This document shows, piece by piece, positions 1 through 17,460 of a stretch of DNA of 64,000 nucleotides; the stretch's first letter is position 1, and every line of letters starts with the position of its first letter. The notes beneath the pieces are model-generated. The model ran no database searches and was not told the DNA's origin. It worked only from the letters and a program-made list of their open reading frames with translations. Source of the DNA: the human T2T-CHM13v2.0 reference genome, Homo sapiens; NCBI RefSeq assembly GCF_009914755.1, contig NC_060928.1, one strand, 5' to 3'. Made by a program: the position numbers and the translations under genes.

Positions 1-5035
<5,035 letters not shown>

Positions 5036-5586
5036 CATTTCACACCTTGTGCAGAGGGAACCAGATCTATTATAGGGGAGAGTTTTGACAAATAGGTACA
5101 TTAAAGTAAAATAATTGAAAACTGTCAGGTTACTTGCAAACAACTCTGTAACTACTGGAATAAGGCAGAATGCTATCATTCTAAAATTTAACACCATTAG
5201 TTCAATAGAAAATACCATAGTATTTCAGTGACAACAGATTAGTTATGTTCTTCAACTTTGAAGATTATTTAAAAATATTCATATCTTCAGCAAAGGGAAA
5301 GAAAGAGGTTTAAAGTGTATATGCACTCATGCCACTGCTATCATCCTTCAAACTGCAATTATGCTTCACCTATATAGAAACAAGAGCATCCTTTGTCCTT
5401 CATTTTAATCTTGACCTCTCCATGTCAATTGATTCTGCAAAACTGACAAATCTTATCACATCCCAATTTAAGACTGCAAAAATTTCTCATTCCAGTTTCT
5501 ATAAGCTTAACCTTTTTTATAAATGGCTAGTTGGGAGTAATATTACCTAGAATTCTGTTTAACTCTCAAACCTTATTGGTCCTTGT

Positions 5587-5806
5587 TTCGTCATGAAATC
5601 TTTGCCTGTGCCTATGTCCTGAATGGTATTGCCTAGATTTTCTTCGAGGGTTTTTATAGTTTTGGGTTTTACATTTAAGTCTTTAATTGATCTTGACCTA
5701 ATTTTTATATGAAGTGTAAGGCAGAGATCCAATTTCAATTTCCTGCATATGGCTAGCCAATTCTCCGAGCACCATTTATCAAATAGGGAATCCTTTCCCC
5801 ATTGCT
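5587..5806 (-). mobile_element. Isolated internal L1PA ORF2 fragment
   Basis: cctatgtcctgaatggtattgcctag...gggaatcctttccccattgct parallels L1HS 34003-34197 in this window; no 3'UTR or poly(A). Confidence 0.85.
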
Positions 5807-5924
5807 ATATGCAGCACTTTTTATATTATTGAAAACCCCCAGTTAGACTTTAGAGTTGCTGCATGCTAGTCCTTCAGCTCAGAATATTTAGTGCTGTTTT
5901 TCTTGCTTCTGCACAATTTTTTCA

Positions 5925-6466
5925 GTTAGCTGTTACTATTAAATAAATGGCCCCAAACACAGTAGTACAAAACTACAAATTATTGTTTCTAATGTTTCTG
6001 TGATTCTGTGGAAGGGCTAAGAGGTTGTTTTGTTTTGCATTGTCTTAGCTGGGCCTGAATGATCTCCCACTAACTCACTTACATATCTGGGTGACACAGT
6101 TTGGCTCTGTGACCCCATCCAAATCTCATTTCGAATTGTAATCTCCACATGTCAAGGGAGGGAGGTGACTGGATCCTGGGAGTGGTTTTCCACATGCTGT
6201 TCTCATGATAGTGAGTGAGTTTTCATGAAATGGTTTTATTAGCGTCTGGCACTTCTCCTGTAAGCACTTTTCAAATCTCTGCTTGTGGCCATTTTTGTTA
6301 TTGCCCCACTGGCAAAAGCAAGTCATATGCCAATCCAGACTTGGAAGATGCGGAAATCAACCCCACTCATCAATAGGGGAAGTAGTGGCAAAGTCACAGC
6401 ACAAAAAGATGTATACAAACGGATTAGAGGCGTCATTGCAGCTTTTTTTGAAAATGATCTTCCACA
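5925..6466 (-). mobile_element. Old MLT1 (MaLR) LTR, interrupted by a THE1 fragment
   Basis: MLT1-type motifs ccccaaacacagtagt..., ccactggcaaaagcaagtcatatg, end tcttccaca. Confidence 0.65.
6092..6260 (+). mobile_element. THE1D/MST-like LTR, 5' half only
   Basis: tttggctctgtgaccccatccaaatctcatttcgaattgtaatc...catgctgttctcatgatagtgagtgag; antisense homolog of the LTR at 58518-58887. Confidence 0.85.
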
Positions 6467-7203
6467 TCAATCTTTTAGCCTCCCTTCAAGTTTCTCTTCT
6501 TTAAGATGAAGTTTAGGAAGAACCTACTCATCCCATCCATAAGTTTTGTGTGACTTCCTACTCTCAGAGAATCTTTTATTGTTTTCCTTTCTGGCATTAA
6601 TTATATCTATCAGCAAATATTTTAGAACTTGTGTATGTATTAATGCTTATCCAGTATAATCAAGTCAACTCAGTGTCTACTGAGCTGGCAATGCTCAATA
6701 TTTTTTTAAATGAATGAATGATTGAATTCTACCAATGGGTGAGGCATGTCAGTCTTTAGTGGAACAAAAACTGAACATTTTTTAAAGTAATGAAAATTAA
6801 TAATTAAGCATAAAATGTGTGTTTTTGTATGTGTGTGTGGATGATAAGTAGATTTTTACATTTTCAACATTGTGTTGGTTACACAATTCTATTTTCATGA
6901 AGTAAAACCAATTCATTAACTTCAGAAAAGGCTGTATTCAGAAAAGAGGATTAAATAAAATTAAACCATTTGACGTAGGTTAGGGAATGTGTCTTTGAGA
7001 CTCTCACTTTATATTGTGAACTCGCCAAGTGTTTGCTCTTTAGCAATCAGGACAAGGCCTATTAGAGCATATTATTTTCTGTCTTTATGACCTATACTAA
7101 CCTTGGTGCAGAAATAGCACTTTTTTGAGTCTTCCGTATAATATCATCATATAACATGTTTACTAAGCAATTTAGATTTTTCATCATAAGATTACATAGC
7201 AAA

Positions 7204-7499
7204 CGACTGTAATCCCAGCACTTTGGGACGCCGAGGTGGGCAGTTCACGAGGTCAGGAGATTGAGATCATCCTGGCTAACACAGTGAAACCCCGTCGCTA
7301 CTAAAAATACAAAAAATAATTAGCCAGGCGAGGTGGCAGGCGCCTGTAGTCCCAGCTACTCAGGAGGCTGAGGCAGGAGAATGGCGTAACCTGGGAGGTG
7401 GAGCTTGCAGTGAGCTGAAATCACGCCACTGCACTCAAGCCTGGGCAACAGAGCGGACTCCGTCTCAAAAAAAAAAAAAAAAAAGAAAGAAAGAAAGAT
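7204..7499 (+). mobile_element. AluY, slightly 5'-truncated
   Basis: Y-type motifs cctggctaacac, ggagaatggcgt, gagcttgcagt; 15-bp TSD agattacatagcaaa at 7189-7203 and 7500-7514. Confidence 0.93.
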
Positions 7500-7686
7500 A
7501 GATTACATAGCAAAGACAAAGGAGGTGTTTTTTGTTTGTTTGTTTGTTTGTTTTAATATAGCCCTCTCTACAGCAGATAAATTCCAAAATTAGTAGTAGT
7601 TATTTATCTTTTCCAAAATCCCTTCATGGTCATACAGCGTCTAAGACAGGCTTTGCTCTGCTGTACTTTAAAAATAAGTTGAACTC

Positions 7687-7851
7687 AACTGGGCATTGTG
7701 GCACATGCCTGTAGTCACAGCCACTTGGGAGGCTGAGGTGGGAGGACTGCTTGAGCCCAGGCAGTTTGAAGCTGCAGTGAGCTGTGATTATGCCACCGCA
7801 CTCCAGCCTGGGCAACAGAGTGAGATCCTATCTCTAAAAAGAAATACTTTT
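7687..7851 (+). mobile_element. Free Alu monomer (FRAM/FAM-like)
   Basis: Single right-arm-type monomer flanked by taaaaataagttgaactc (7669-7686) and taaaaataagtttaactc (7852-7869). Confidence 0.85.
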
Positions 7852-8057
7852 TAAAAATAAGTTTAACTCTGCTCTTGTTTCTTATAATGCATATCCAAAG
7901 GCTCATATTGTTGGTCAGCAAAACCAAATAATCATATAAACAACAGTGTCCACATGTTTTAGAAAGCACATTTTTAATAATGTTTAGTGGTGCGTATTCT
8001 CTGTGTCTTCACCTCCAAAATACTGAACTTATTGAATATTTGTTCTAAACACAAAAT

Positions 8058-8427
8058 GGCTAGGTGTGCTGGCTCACACCTGTAATCCCAGCAATTTAGG
8101 AAGCTGAGGCAGGAGGATTCCTTGAGCTCAGCAGTTCAAAAGTAGCCTGTGCAACATAGGGAGACTTTGTCTCTTAAAAAAAAAAAGAAAAGAAAGAAAG
8201 AAAGAAAAAAAACCATATCTAAGCATGTGGCACATGCATTTGGTCCCAGCCACTTGGGAGGCTGTAGTGGAGGATCGTTTGATCCCATGAGGCCGAGGCT
8301 GCAATGAGCTGTGCTGAGGCTGCAATGAGCTGTGATCATGCCACTGCACAACCTGGATTGCACAGCCTGGGCAAGAAGAGCAAAATCCTGTCTCAAAAAC
8401 AAATAAATTAAACAAATAAATAAATAC
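8058..8427 (+). mobile_element. AluJ with expanded (GAAA)n linker and internal duplications
   Basis: Diverged dimer with J-type gaggctgcaatgagctgtgatc and an A-rich tail. Confidence 0.9.
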
Positions 8428-10814
8428 AATATTTCTATACTCAAGGGAAATTCTGACGAATGATTTCCTTCCTTTTTTATAGGTCAGAATGTAAAGTGTG
8501 TGGTAGATGAAAGAGAGTGTGATAGGAGGGACACATAGGGGCTTGCATGGGAGGAAAGACTACCCAGATCTGGAAATAAAAAGTGAAGATTTCAGAGGGT
8601 TGAAAACAGGAAGTGGAACCATTATTTTAACTACAGGTGGGAGAAGCATATCTAAACACTAGAAAGCCAATATTATGGGAAAAATTATCCTTGAATAGTT
8701 CAATTCTGGATATAAGGAGGAAACAAAATTTAGATGTATGGGTGTCAGCAAGGCTGTGAAAGGAATGAAAAATGAGAGCTTGCAAAACCTTATGAGATAA
8801 AATTATGAAAATCTAGAAATATAATCCTGTGTCTGATTACATTTTTTTAAAATTACTTTTCTCTCTATCTCTATATGTATGTATATAATCAAAGAAAATA
8901 TGTGTAAAATCTGTTGTGAAAGAGTATACAGCCCATTTTGTACCACAAAATAGAAATTTAATTACCAAAGTTTGTATAGACTGTCAAACATATTTGTTGA
9001 GATACAATTAGATACAATATTATAGTCAGTTGTATTAGTATGTATGTTTATTTTGTGTAAAAATATCATTCTTCGGAAAGCAAATTGCAACTAAAGTATC
9101 TAACAAGAGACTCAATCTCATTACTTCATAGATTTTATTATACTTTCTCATTATGCAATGAGCTGTCTTGTTATTATTTCTTCCTCAGAGGATCATTAAA
9201 CATTTACATATATATTTTAATAGCCTGCAGTTTCGATTAGATGGAGGACATTGGCATTATAATTTTGTGAACAGATCACTGTCCTCTGAGCTGGTTTATG
9301 TTTGTTTACTGATCTTCCAGCAGATGGTGCCCTTGCAACAGATATTCTTGTTTTTTGTTTTGTTTTTTCATGATTGGGGTAAAAGATGCATCACTACTTT
9401 CTCTTTTGTGGTGGTATAATTAATAAAGATATATTTTATGAACATATTGTACCCCTTCTACATTTTTCTCAGTATTTCAGAAACAGCAAGACTGCCTAGG
9501 AATATGAATAGATATTATTGCTTGCTTTTCCTGTCTTCCTCCTCCCGAAGAGTTACAGTCATTTGCTCTTCTCACACTCCAAACAGTAGACTGTTTACAT
9601 TCTATAGTCAAGTATTTTCTGTTACCAGGATTCTGGAGACAGATAGCCCATGGCTTAAAACAGTCCTTAAGCAATCTTTTACCAAATCCTGTGACTTTTC
9701 TGTAGAACATTCCTCTGTTATTTTAGCTCCCCATTTGACTCTGGCAGACAGTTCACCTTTTCTATTTCACTGTGCAGTATTGCAGGGGTTATATTACTTC
9801 CTTCGTTTGCTTATTTTTTCAGTTGGCTATGTTATTCTGGAAATTGTAACTAATTTGGAGGCATTATCTTACAATTGTTTTTGTAAGGCCAATAGAAATG
9901 CAATATAACATTTGCAGCCAGTAAGGCTTAATAAATTAAACATGCTGCTTATAGTTTTAAATCATTTTTTATTCATGTCCAGATGCTAACTTTCTCTTAA
10001 TACTTGAATTTGTGTAATCATTCTTACCCTCAATATAGTCTCTATAATTAAAATGGTCTCCTCACGGCTTTCACAATATGCATCCTCCTTCCTATCGTTC
10101 TAAACTCCTAAACCAACCTTGTCCTTGACGCATTTCCCTTCCTATTCCCCTTCACATGTTAACCAATCAGTTAATTAATCTGTTAATTAATTGTTACATG
10201 TTTTCATTCAACATATATTGAATTAGGCCAGTGTTTAGAGTAATGTTTTCTACAAAAAATAAAATATGGTTCAGAAAATTTTGCTTTCTCAGTGATGTTT
10301 TACTGATCAAAATCCTCCCATCTATCACTGCCAATAAAACTCATTTAACACGAACACATTTTTTTAAAGTGACAAAGAACAAAACAATATTACATTATGT
10401 GCTTTATGATGATTCAAAGGCAAATTGCAGGACACAGCTTAAAAGGGGAAAATAAAGTTTTTAGAAGAGTAAATTGGAGAATCTTTTATAACAGAAACAT
10501 GATTTTTCTATTGAATTTCAAACTGGAAAATGACAAATTTTTTTTCAATTGTAACACCAAATTTTCTCTTGACTTCATATTCTGTTGTGTCATAGATGAA
10601 TGATAATATGTTCTAAGATATGGTCCAAATATACCTCATTGATAAAATTTTGAAGTATAAAATTAGAATGATTATTATGAAAATAATGTACAGTAATAAA
10701 AATTAAAATTTAAAATGTTAAGTAATATATTGACACAAATTTTAAAAAATTAAATACAAAATATAAGAAAGAATGAAAAAATCACTTGAATAAAACCTAT
10801 CTCCCTATTCCTAG

Positions 10815-11299
10815 TGTATTATTTTCCTTGGGCTTCCATAACAAAGTACTATAAACTGGGTGGACTAAAACTACAGAGATTAGTTCTCTATAGTTCTAGA
10901 GGTTAAAAGTCTTGATTCTAGAAGAACCAAGTTTTTGGCAGAGCCATTTTCCCTCAGAAACCTGTAAAGGAAGATTCTTTTTAGCCTATCCAGCTTCTGC
11001 GAGCCCCAGGCATTCCTTGGCTATGGCAGCAATGCTCCAACCTCTGCCACAATTGTTATATAACTATTTTCTCCCTGTGTGCCCTCATATCTCTCTTGTA
11101 TCTGGCTTTTCACTGGACTTTCTCCTCTCTTATAAGGACATCAGATATACTAATTTAAAGGTCTAACCTAGCTCAGTATGACTTCATCTTAACTAGCTAT
11201 ACCTATAATGACACAATTTTTAATCAAGGTCATGTTCTGGGCTACTGTGAGTCCTGACTTCAATGTATCATTTTGCAGGGCATAGAACAATCTATAACA
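10815..11299 (-). mobile_element. MLT1C-like solo LTR
   Basis: TG...CA ends; ccataacaaagtactataaactgggtgg, tcttataaggaca, cagtatgacttcatcttaact. Confidence 0.8.
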
Positions 11300-11442
11300 C
11301 TTGGATATAAATGTAATAAAAATTATGTATTTACATCAAGACTTTTCAAATAAAATTGTTGATCTTTTTGTATGAAAAGTTTATATAAGTAGTGGATGAA
11401 TTTTGGCAGTATTCTGGTTAAATACACAAACGACCAAATGCC

Positions 11443-11784
<342 letters not shown>

Positions 11785-11913
11785 CTACACACATTTATCA
11801 CACCCAACCAGTGCAATAGCTATTATATATGTTTTACACAGCAGAAAACACTCAAGCTTACAGAGAAGTAAAGTCTTCACAGCTGTTAATTCCAACATCA
11901 TTCTCCATAATAC

Positions 11914-12085
11914 CAGTAGTCCTCACAACTCAATGTATGTAAAAATCACCTGAGTACACACGTTAAAAATGTAGATTTCTAGTCAAGATAACCCAAAAAC
12001 TCTAAATCAGTAGATTGAAAGTAGGAAAAAGCTAGGCATACTTATTTTTAAAACAAATCCTAGTTGACTGATGCGGATGATCTCT
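11914..12085. mobile_element. MER5-like hAT DNA transposon remnant, preceded by a MIR-like segment at ~11760-11900
   Basis: cagtagtcctca..aaaatcacctg..ttaaaaatgtagatttct..tctaaatcagtag; highly diverged. Confidence 0.5.
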
Positions 12086-12646
12086 TTTTAAATTAAACGA
12101 CACATCTCAGGTAAACAAGACTCATAAGACATATTACTATTGTCCTAATGCAATTCTGAATTATATAAAATCCACACACAGAAGCTAGGTAACCATGAAG
12201 GGATTAGGTGATTTACGTTTCAAAATAATTGTTTCAGGGGTTGAGAGTAGGCAAAATAAAAGATGGCTGGGACCATTATTGAAAGTTTCACCAACTTTAT
12301 CCGAAATATGGATGTGATGTGCTTAGTTAAGAGGACAGTAATGTATAAACACCTGCTGTGGAGCTTAAGCATAACACATGTAGGGTTAAGTGAACATATG
12401 GTGCCTTAAGACTTAAGCAGAAGTATTATGGCATGCAGATAAGATTAAATAGTAAAGGCTCATTCAGAGTTTTGCAGATTCTGAATGTCAGTCTAGGGAA
12501 AGTTTTAACAAGTAGTTACCCAAGTTATAAGATGAAGTGAGGGCTTTAGAATTTTAGTAAGTAAGAAACTGGAGAATGATTTATAAGGAATAGAGAATGA
12601 AAAAAATACCAGTCAGGTATGCATCTGTTAGAGAAATAAGTTATAA

Positions 12647-12727
12647 AAGGAAGGAGGGAAGGAAGGAAGGAAAGAAGGAAGGCAGGAAGGAAGGAAGGAA
12701 GGAAATCAGGAAGGAAGGAAGGAAGGA
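12647..12727 (+). repeat. (GGAA)n microsatellite, interrupted
   Basis: Direct reading. Confidence 0.95.
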
Positions 12728-13820
12728 GAATTAAATTATTGGGACAATAAGCAGAAATTTTTCACTACATACAATCAAAAAATGAAGGAAGAAAGCCTAC
12801 AAGGAATGAAGCATAAGTATAAATTAACAAAAATAATAACATTAATAATTTACTGTATGGATTAGTTATTATAATATGTTACATGATTTAGTTCTGAAAA
12901 GATAATGTACTTGAAGAAACGGAATTCTATAAATAAAAAGTGATTTTGAAAAGGATTATAAACTATTGTAACTTAGAAGGAACAAGTTCACAGGGCATAT
13001 GAATGAAAATATTTCAGAAAGTATAAATAATATAAAAGTTCTAACAACTTTTGATTCTGTAACAAATTTTATATCATTACAGTGACAAATATTACTATGA
13101 GTGGGATTCTTCTCATTTTTCCCTATGAAGTAGGTGAACTGTGGAAAATAGCTTTTCAACTGAAGTTAAAATATCTTGAAGAAAATTCCAGCTCTGTAAT
13201 TTAATGGCTTTATTACTTTCATGTAATCATAAAATTATATTTGCCTCACTTCTTTGTATATCTATGATAATAATATTCATTTTTGGTGATAATCCAATGA
13301 GATGGTGCATATGAAAATGCTTTTATAGCCAAGTTATGAAAAGTACTAGACACTATAATTATTATTATTGACATTATTTTTCACTCTGCTTAACTTTTTA
13401 AAATATGTATTGTAAAAGTTAGAGAAATGTAGATGACAAATATTAACCAAAACCAGAAAAAAAATTGTAGCTTAAATGCTACTTGAAAGTAGATATGCAG
13501 TACTGTAAAGCCTGGTAATTGACATATTAAAATCTCTTAAGATGTTTTATTTATTTGCCAACAGATATGTGGATCTAAGCTTTAGTTATGCATTAATCTA
13601 AAATAATTCACCTGATTTTTAAAGGAATTAGCTCTTGAGATTGCATGCATTGTGAAATTAGAAATTAGAGTGATTAAAATTATTTATATATTATGGAAAG
13701 GATATTAGGGTTATATATTTTAAATGTATAACCATATTTTATTAAAGTACCTATTTCACTGCTACCTCTTTTATGTAATATTTGATTCAGTTTTTGGGAA
13801 TACTAATTTGATACACTATT

Positions 13821-14174
13821 TGCTGTGCTCTGAATGTTTTGGTTCTCCCAAAATTCATATTTGATATCTAATCCTCAGTGGAATAGTGTTAAGAGGTGAG
13901 GCCTTTGGGAGGTGATCAGGTCATGAGGTAGGTGGGATAAGTGCCTTATAAAAGAGGCCCACCCAAGGGAACTTGTTTGCCCCTTCTACCATGTGAAGAT
14001 ACAGCAAGAAGGTACCATCTGTGAGGAAGAGAGTGAGCCTTCACCAGACATTGAATCTGCTGGCACCTTGACCTTTGCCTTTCCAGCCTCCAGAAGTGTG
14101 AACAATTAATCTCTGTAGTTTATAAATTATCCAATCCAAGGTATTTTGTTAAAGCAGCCTGAATAATCTAAGAA
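13821..14174 (+). mobile_element. MLT1A/MLT1A0-like 5' LTR
   Basis: aaattcatat, ggcctttgggaggtgatcaggtcatgagg, gccttataaaagaggccc, gctggcaccttga..ccagcctccagaa. Confidence 0.88.
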
Positions 14175-15367
14175 AGAAATTGCTACCAGAAGTGAGGCTG
14201 ATGCTGGAACAAATACCTAAAAATATGGAAGGGACTTTGAAACTGGGTAATGGATAGACTTTGGAAGTACATGCTAGGAAAAAGCCCACATTGCCATAAA
14301 TGGGGGAGCATTAGGAGTAATTCTGGTGAGGGCTCAGAAGAAGAGAAAAGTTAGAGAGAAAGCCTCAGTCTTCTTAGATGTTTTCTAAGATAGCGTGAAT
14401 AGAATGTTGATAGAAATATGGACAGTATTTCCATTCTGATGAAGCTCAGATAAAAAGTAAGGAGCAAGTTATTGAAAACTGGAGGAAAGGTAATCCTTGT
14501 TATAAAGTGGCAAAGAACTAGGCTGAATTGTGCTCGTGTCCTAGTGTTTTGTGGAAGGTGAAACTTGTGAGAGGTGAAATGGGATATTTGACAAAAGAAT
14601 TTCTAAGCAAAATGTTGAAGGAGCAGCTTGGCTTCGCTTGACTACTTATAATAAAATACCAGACGAGAGAAAAAAATGTAAACATGAAATTGATAAAAAG
14701 GAAGCAGAATTGAAAGATTTGGAAAAACCACAGTCTCCCCATGTTGCAAAGAATGAGAAAGGCTGTTTACAAGATTACACCAAGGGCATGGACAAGCAGT
14801 CCTTCCTATGGATGAAGACAGCTAGGTGCTATTCATCAAGACAATGGAGGAATGACCTCAAACTCATTTTGGAGAGCATCAGGTCTGTCACTTCTATCAT
14901 AGGTCTAGAATTCCAAGGCCTGGGGGACAGAAAAATATCAAGAGAGACCTGAGGCCCCTACTGGCCTCCACACTCTCCTCCCTTTCCTGTACCACCACAA
15001 ATCTCTGCTCCCTGCTTTCTGGCACACCAATATTCAACTGTCCCACGTGTGGTTCCAGTGGTCCCAGGCACAGTGGTGACATGAAGTCTATGGCTCTCCT
15101 TGGCTGGAATTTAACACAGGTGGGGGTCTTGAGGGTAGACCTGTTCCCAAACCTCCACTAGACATTTCCCTAGTGGGAGTTCTCTAAAGTGGCCCTGCCC
15201 CTGTGGCAGCTCTCTGCCTGGGCCCTGAGGCTGTCTGGGACATTTTTTGAAATCTAAGTGGAGGCAGCCATGCACCCACAGCTCTGCACTCTGTGCACTA
15301 GTGGAGATGGCATGGTGCAGTTGCCACCAACGTTTACTGCCTGCAGCCTGTAGAAGAGTGGCTCTGA
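14175..15367 (+). mobile_element. MaLR internal sequence (MLT1A-int-like), distal ~290 bp inverted, no 3' LTR
   Basis: Directly follows the LTR; actttgaaactgggtaatgg, aactggaggaaaggtaatccttgttataaagtggcaaagaac, gaatttctaagcaaa. Confidence 0.82.
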
Positions 15368-16884
15368 ATAGAGTGTTTTCTAATTAGCTCTATCCATTCA
15401 TTACTTTTTCCTAGTTTTAGTTACACACTCTAATTCATTTATAGAAATTTTGACCTGATGTAGTTCCTAGTTCCTGAATTTAAAGTTCAATGGTCACCAG
15501 CACTTTCTTAGGATTTGTAAATAAACATCAGCAGATCATAATGCTCACTTTGTTATCCTCTGGGTAGCGACTGAGAAGGGAGAAGCAAATACAAATTTAT
15601 GTATTCTGTTTTCCCGAGCTGGGCTATTGTATCTTAATTTTTTGCCCTATTCTTTGATGAGACATCATTATATAATGTCTAAGCTATCTGCCTTGGCTTT
15701 GAGTTTCTTTCTATTGAAAATAATTTCTGGGGTCATTTCCTCATACTTGGGCATTTGATATTTTATCTTTTTTCTGTTATATTCTGTCATTTGTCATTTG
15801 TTAAAGTTTCCAACAATATCAAAGTTATCTTCTTTAGACTTGGGCTTTTTCTTTTAGATTTCAAGACCTTTTTAGGGAGGCTTATTAAATCTAAATTGAG
15901 TTTGGGTCTGAATATTTAACTTCTTAATATAAACTGTGGGTGTGTTGTTTGATAGTCCTTCTAAATTAGATTTCTTCATCTTGGATATTGCTTTCATTTT
16001 AGAGAATATTTTTTAGAGCACAAATTCATCCTCTTATTAATTTAATTGGAATGCCTATATAATTGCATTCTATCCTTGTGGAAGTGTGAAAAATTGATAC
16101 AAGTGTATTGCTAAAGTCACAGAACAGACTCACTGAGAAAATTGAAATAAATTAATCTCATGGTTTATCGAATTTATTTCAAACACACCGTAAGAATCAA
16201 GGGGAAAGAGAAGAAGGTAGGGTTACACACTTAGGATAGCATGCAAGCAGAGTAGAATGACCAAGCTACTTGAGTCTTGTTTTATGCAATGTACATATAT
16301 CCTATCTCTTTCTGCTTCATCAGGTTTTCCTACTGATGGCAGGGATACAAGAACCAGAGTTAAGGTATAAAAAAAGGAAGTCAGCAGATAGAGGGGCCTG
16401 TAACCATAACACTCTTGTTCTTTTGAAGACACTCAGGAAGGTGCATGCCTGTAGCTGAGCCTTACGAATTGGCCAGATAAACAGTTACGGGTACTATATG
16501 GCAGAGGACAAACGAATGACGATGGGGCATCACTAATGGGTGGCTGGTTAAAAACTCCGTGATACTGAATGACTCATGTGGCTTGCATATTTACTGTATC
16601 ATGAATATTTAATGTTTTATGTGCATAATTTGGGGTATCAAAGTTCCTCATATACTTAATGAATATCCCGATGACTTCTTAGTCCTTCCATCCTTCTTTT
16701 TTATGTTGACAATTAAAATTTATTTCATAATTTATGTGTAACTTTTCTCACAAGATACTTGTCTGTATAGTTAGATTCATCCAACTGTCATATGTTTTGT
16801 TTCTTTTTTGTTTCATATATATGTTCTAGTTATTTTTAATGATAGAATTGAATACTATTAAATGTATACTGGATACATTTCACT

Positions 16885-17380
16885 ACAACCTGCAGACTCT
16901 GCTCTTCTATTTCTATGTATGTATACAATGACAATCCCTACATAAGCCATCAATAGCAGTATTAGTCATAATAACCCAGAAGGGGAAAGAACCTGAAGGT
17001 CTGTGAAAAACAGAATGAATAAATTGCAGTGAAAACAAATGCATCATGGTTACTTTCAACCACCAGGTTAAACTGCACAAACATAATGTTGAATGGATGA
17101 AACCACTAAACAAAATTAAAATTTGTGATTCCGTTTATATAAATGTCAGAAAGAGGAAAATCTAATTTACGGCACAGTGAGTTTGGCTAGTGTTTACTTT
17201 TGTAGGGGATTAGTGTCTAGAAGGAGGGAAACAAAGGGATATCTGGAATTCTGTGAATATTCTTTTTCTTGATCTGGGTATTGGCTTTGTGAGTATTTGG
17301 TTTGTAAGGAAAAAAAGACTACACACTTTTTTTACAGTTCTGATATTGCCTATATAATAAAATAAAATGCAAAATAAACA
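16885..17380 (+). mobile_element. L1ME-type 3' end remnant
   Basis: cacaaacataatgttgaat, tgattccgtttatataaa, ttcttgatctgggt. Confidence 0.65.
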
Positions 17381-17460
17381 TAATAAACAACATATGAAAT
17401 ATAATTAGTATGATTTTATTTCAAGAAAATATAGAGGGAAAAGACTGGAAGAAGACTGAA

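Noticed and set aside
12647-12727. GGAA repeat as a strong EWSR1-FLI1-type response element
   Set aside because: The tract is repeatedly interrupted with only short uninterrupted runs, and no target gene is visible.
14638-14952. 104-aa Lys/Glu-rich ORF
   Set aside because: Lies within decayed MaLR internal sequence; a fragment with no sign of domestication visible here.
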